Source: Selaginella moellendorffii (Eukaryota; Plantae; Lycopodiophyta). Taken from it: a DNA stretch of 64,000 nucleotides. The stretch is from contig NW_003314261.1 in the NCBI RefSeq assembly GCF_000143415.4, positions 4,504,691 through 4,568,690 on the forward strand, read 5' to 3'. The translations under genes and the position numbers were made by a program. Below are positions 63,884-64,000 of the stretch, one piece after another. How positions within the stretch are numbered: the stretch's first letter is position 1; each line of letters opens with the position of its first letter. The notes beneath the pieces were generated by a model. That model did not search any database. It was given only the letters and a program-made list of their open reading frames with translations, and was not told where the DNA came from.

Positions 63884-64000
63884 ATGAAGGAGCCCGTGGC
63901 TGTAAGGCAGATTTCTTCTTTCTCGCGTGATGACCGTGTGTGCGATCTCCATCAGGTGGCAAGAGCAGCGATTCCCGAGCGGCAGTCATCGAGATCGCCG
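63884..64000 (+). CDS. Possible 5' start of the next gene (truncated by the window)
   Basis: ATG AAG GAG CCC GTG GCT, then a GTAAG..CAG short intron; telo-box-like agggttt upstream. Confidence 0.25.
   Translation, partial: MKEPVAVRQISSFSRDDRVCDLHQVARAAIPERQSSRSP

Noticed and set aside
1-64000. CRISPR arrays, rRNA, tRNA, conserved miRNAs
   Set aside because: Eukaryotic DNA; none found, and conserved mature miRNA sequences were not seen by eye

Overview
Eukaryotic land-plant nuclear DNA, most likely the lycophyte Selaginella. This is inferred from the 50-80 bp introns, very tight gene packing, PLS-PPR debris and GC-rich genes alternating with AT-rich blocks. Three repeat/TE-relic blocks (about 1-15.6 kb, 29-30.7 kb, 34.9-38.9 kb) alternate with dense gene islands. 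Genes: IPP isomerase, HIT4-like, UBC7/13/14-type E2, two tandem WUN1/NTF2-like genes, O-fucosyltransferase family, an uncharacterised VDTSLHL-ending protein, BAHD acyltransferase, 1-Cys peroxiredoxin, CKS1, CYP703-family P450, core alpha-1,3-fucosyltransferase, class B HSF, TAF8, a Pro-rich membrane protein, PRP19, mtSSB, SDIR1-like RING E3, TPD1-like peptide, mS23-like protein and MKK3. Strongest unusual signals: (1) gene and TE relics in the AT-rich blocks appear degraded almost only by G>A/C>T transitions, including non-CG contexts (RIP-like erosion); (2) a loose neighbourhood of spore-wall/tapetum-type genes (BAHD, PER1, CYP703, TPD1); (3) post-transcriptional oddities (HsfB uORFs and a stop-free in-frame intron, a candidate 7-nt microexon in the E2 gene). 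CDS coordinates span first to last codon including introns and were read by eye; family calls come from recalled motifs, not database searches.
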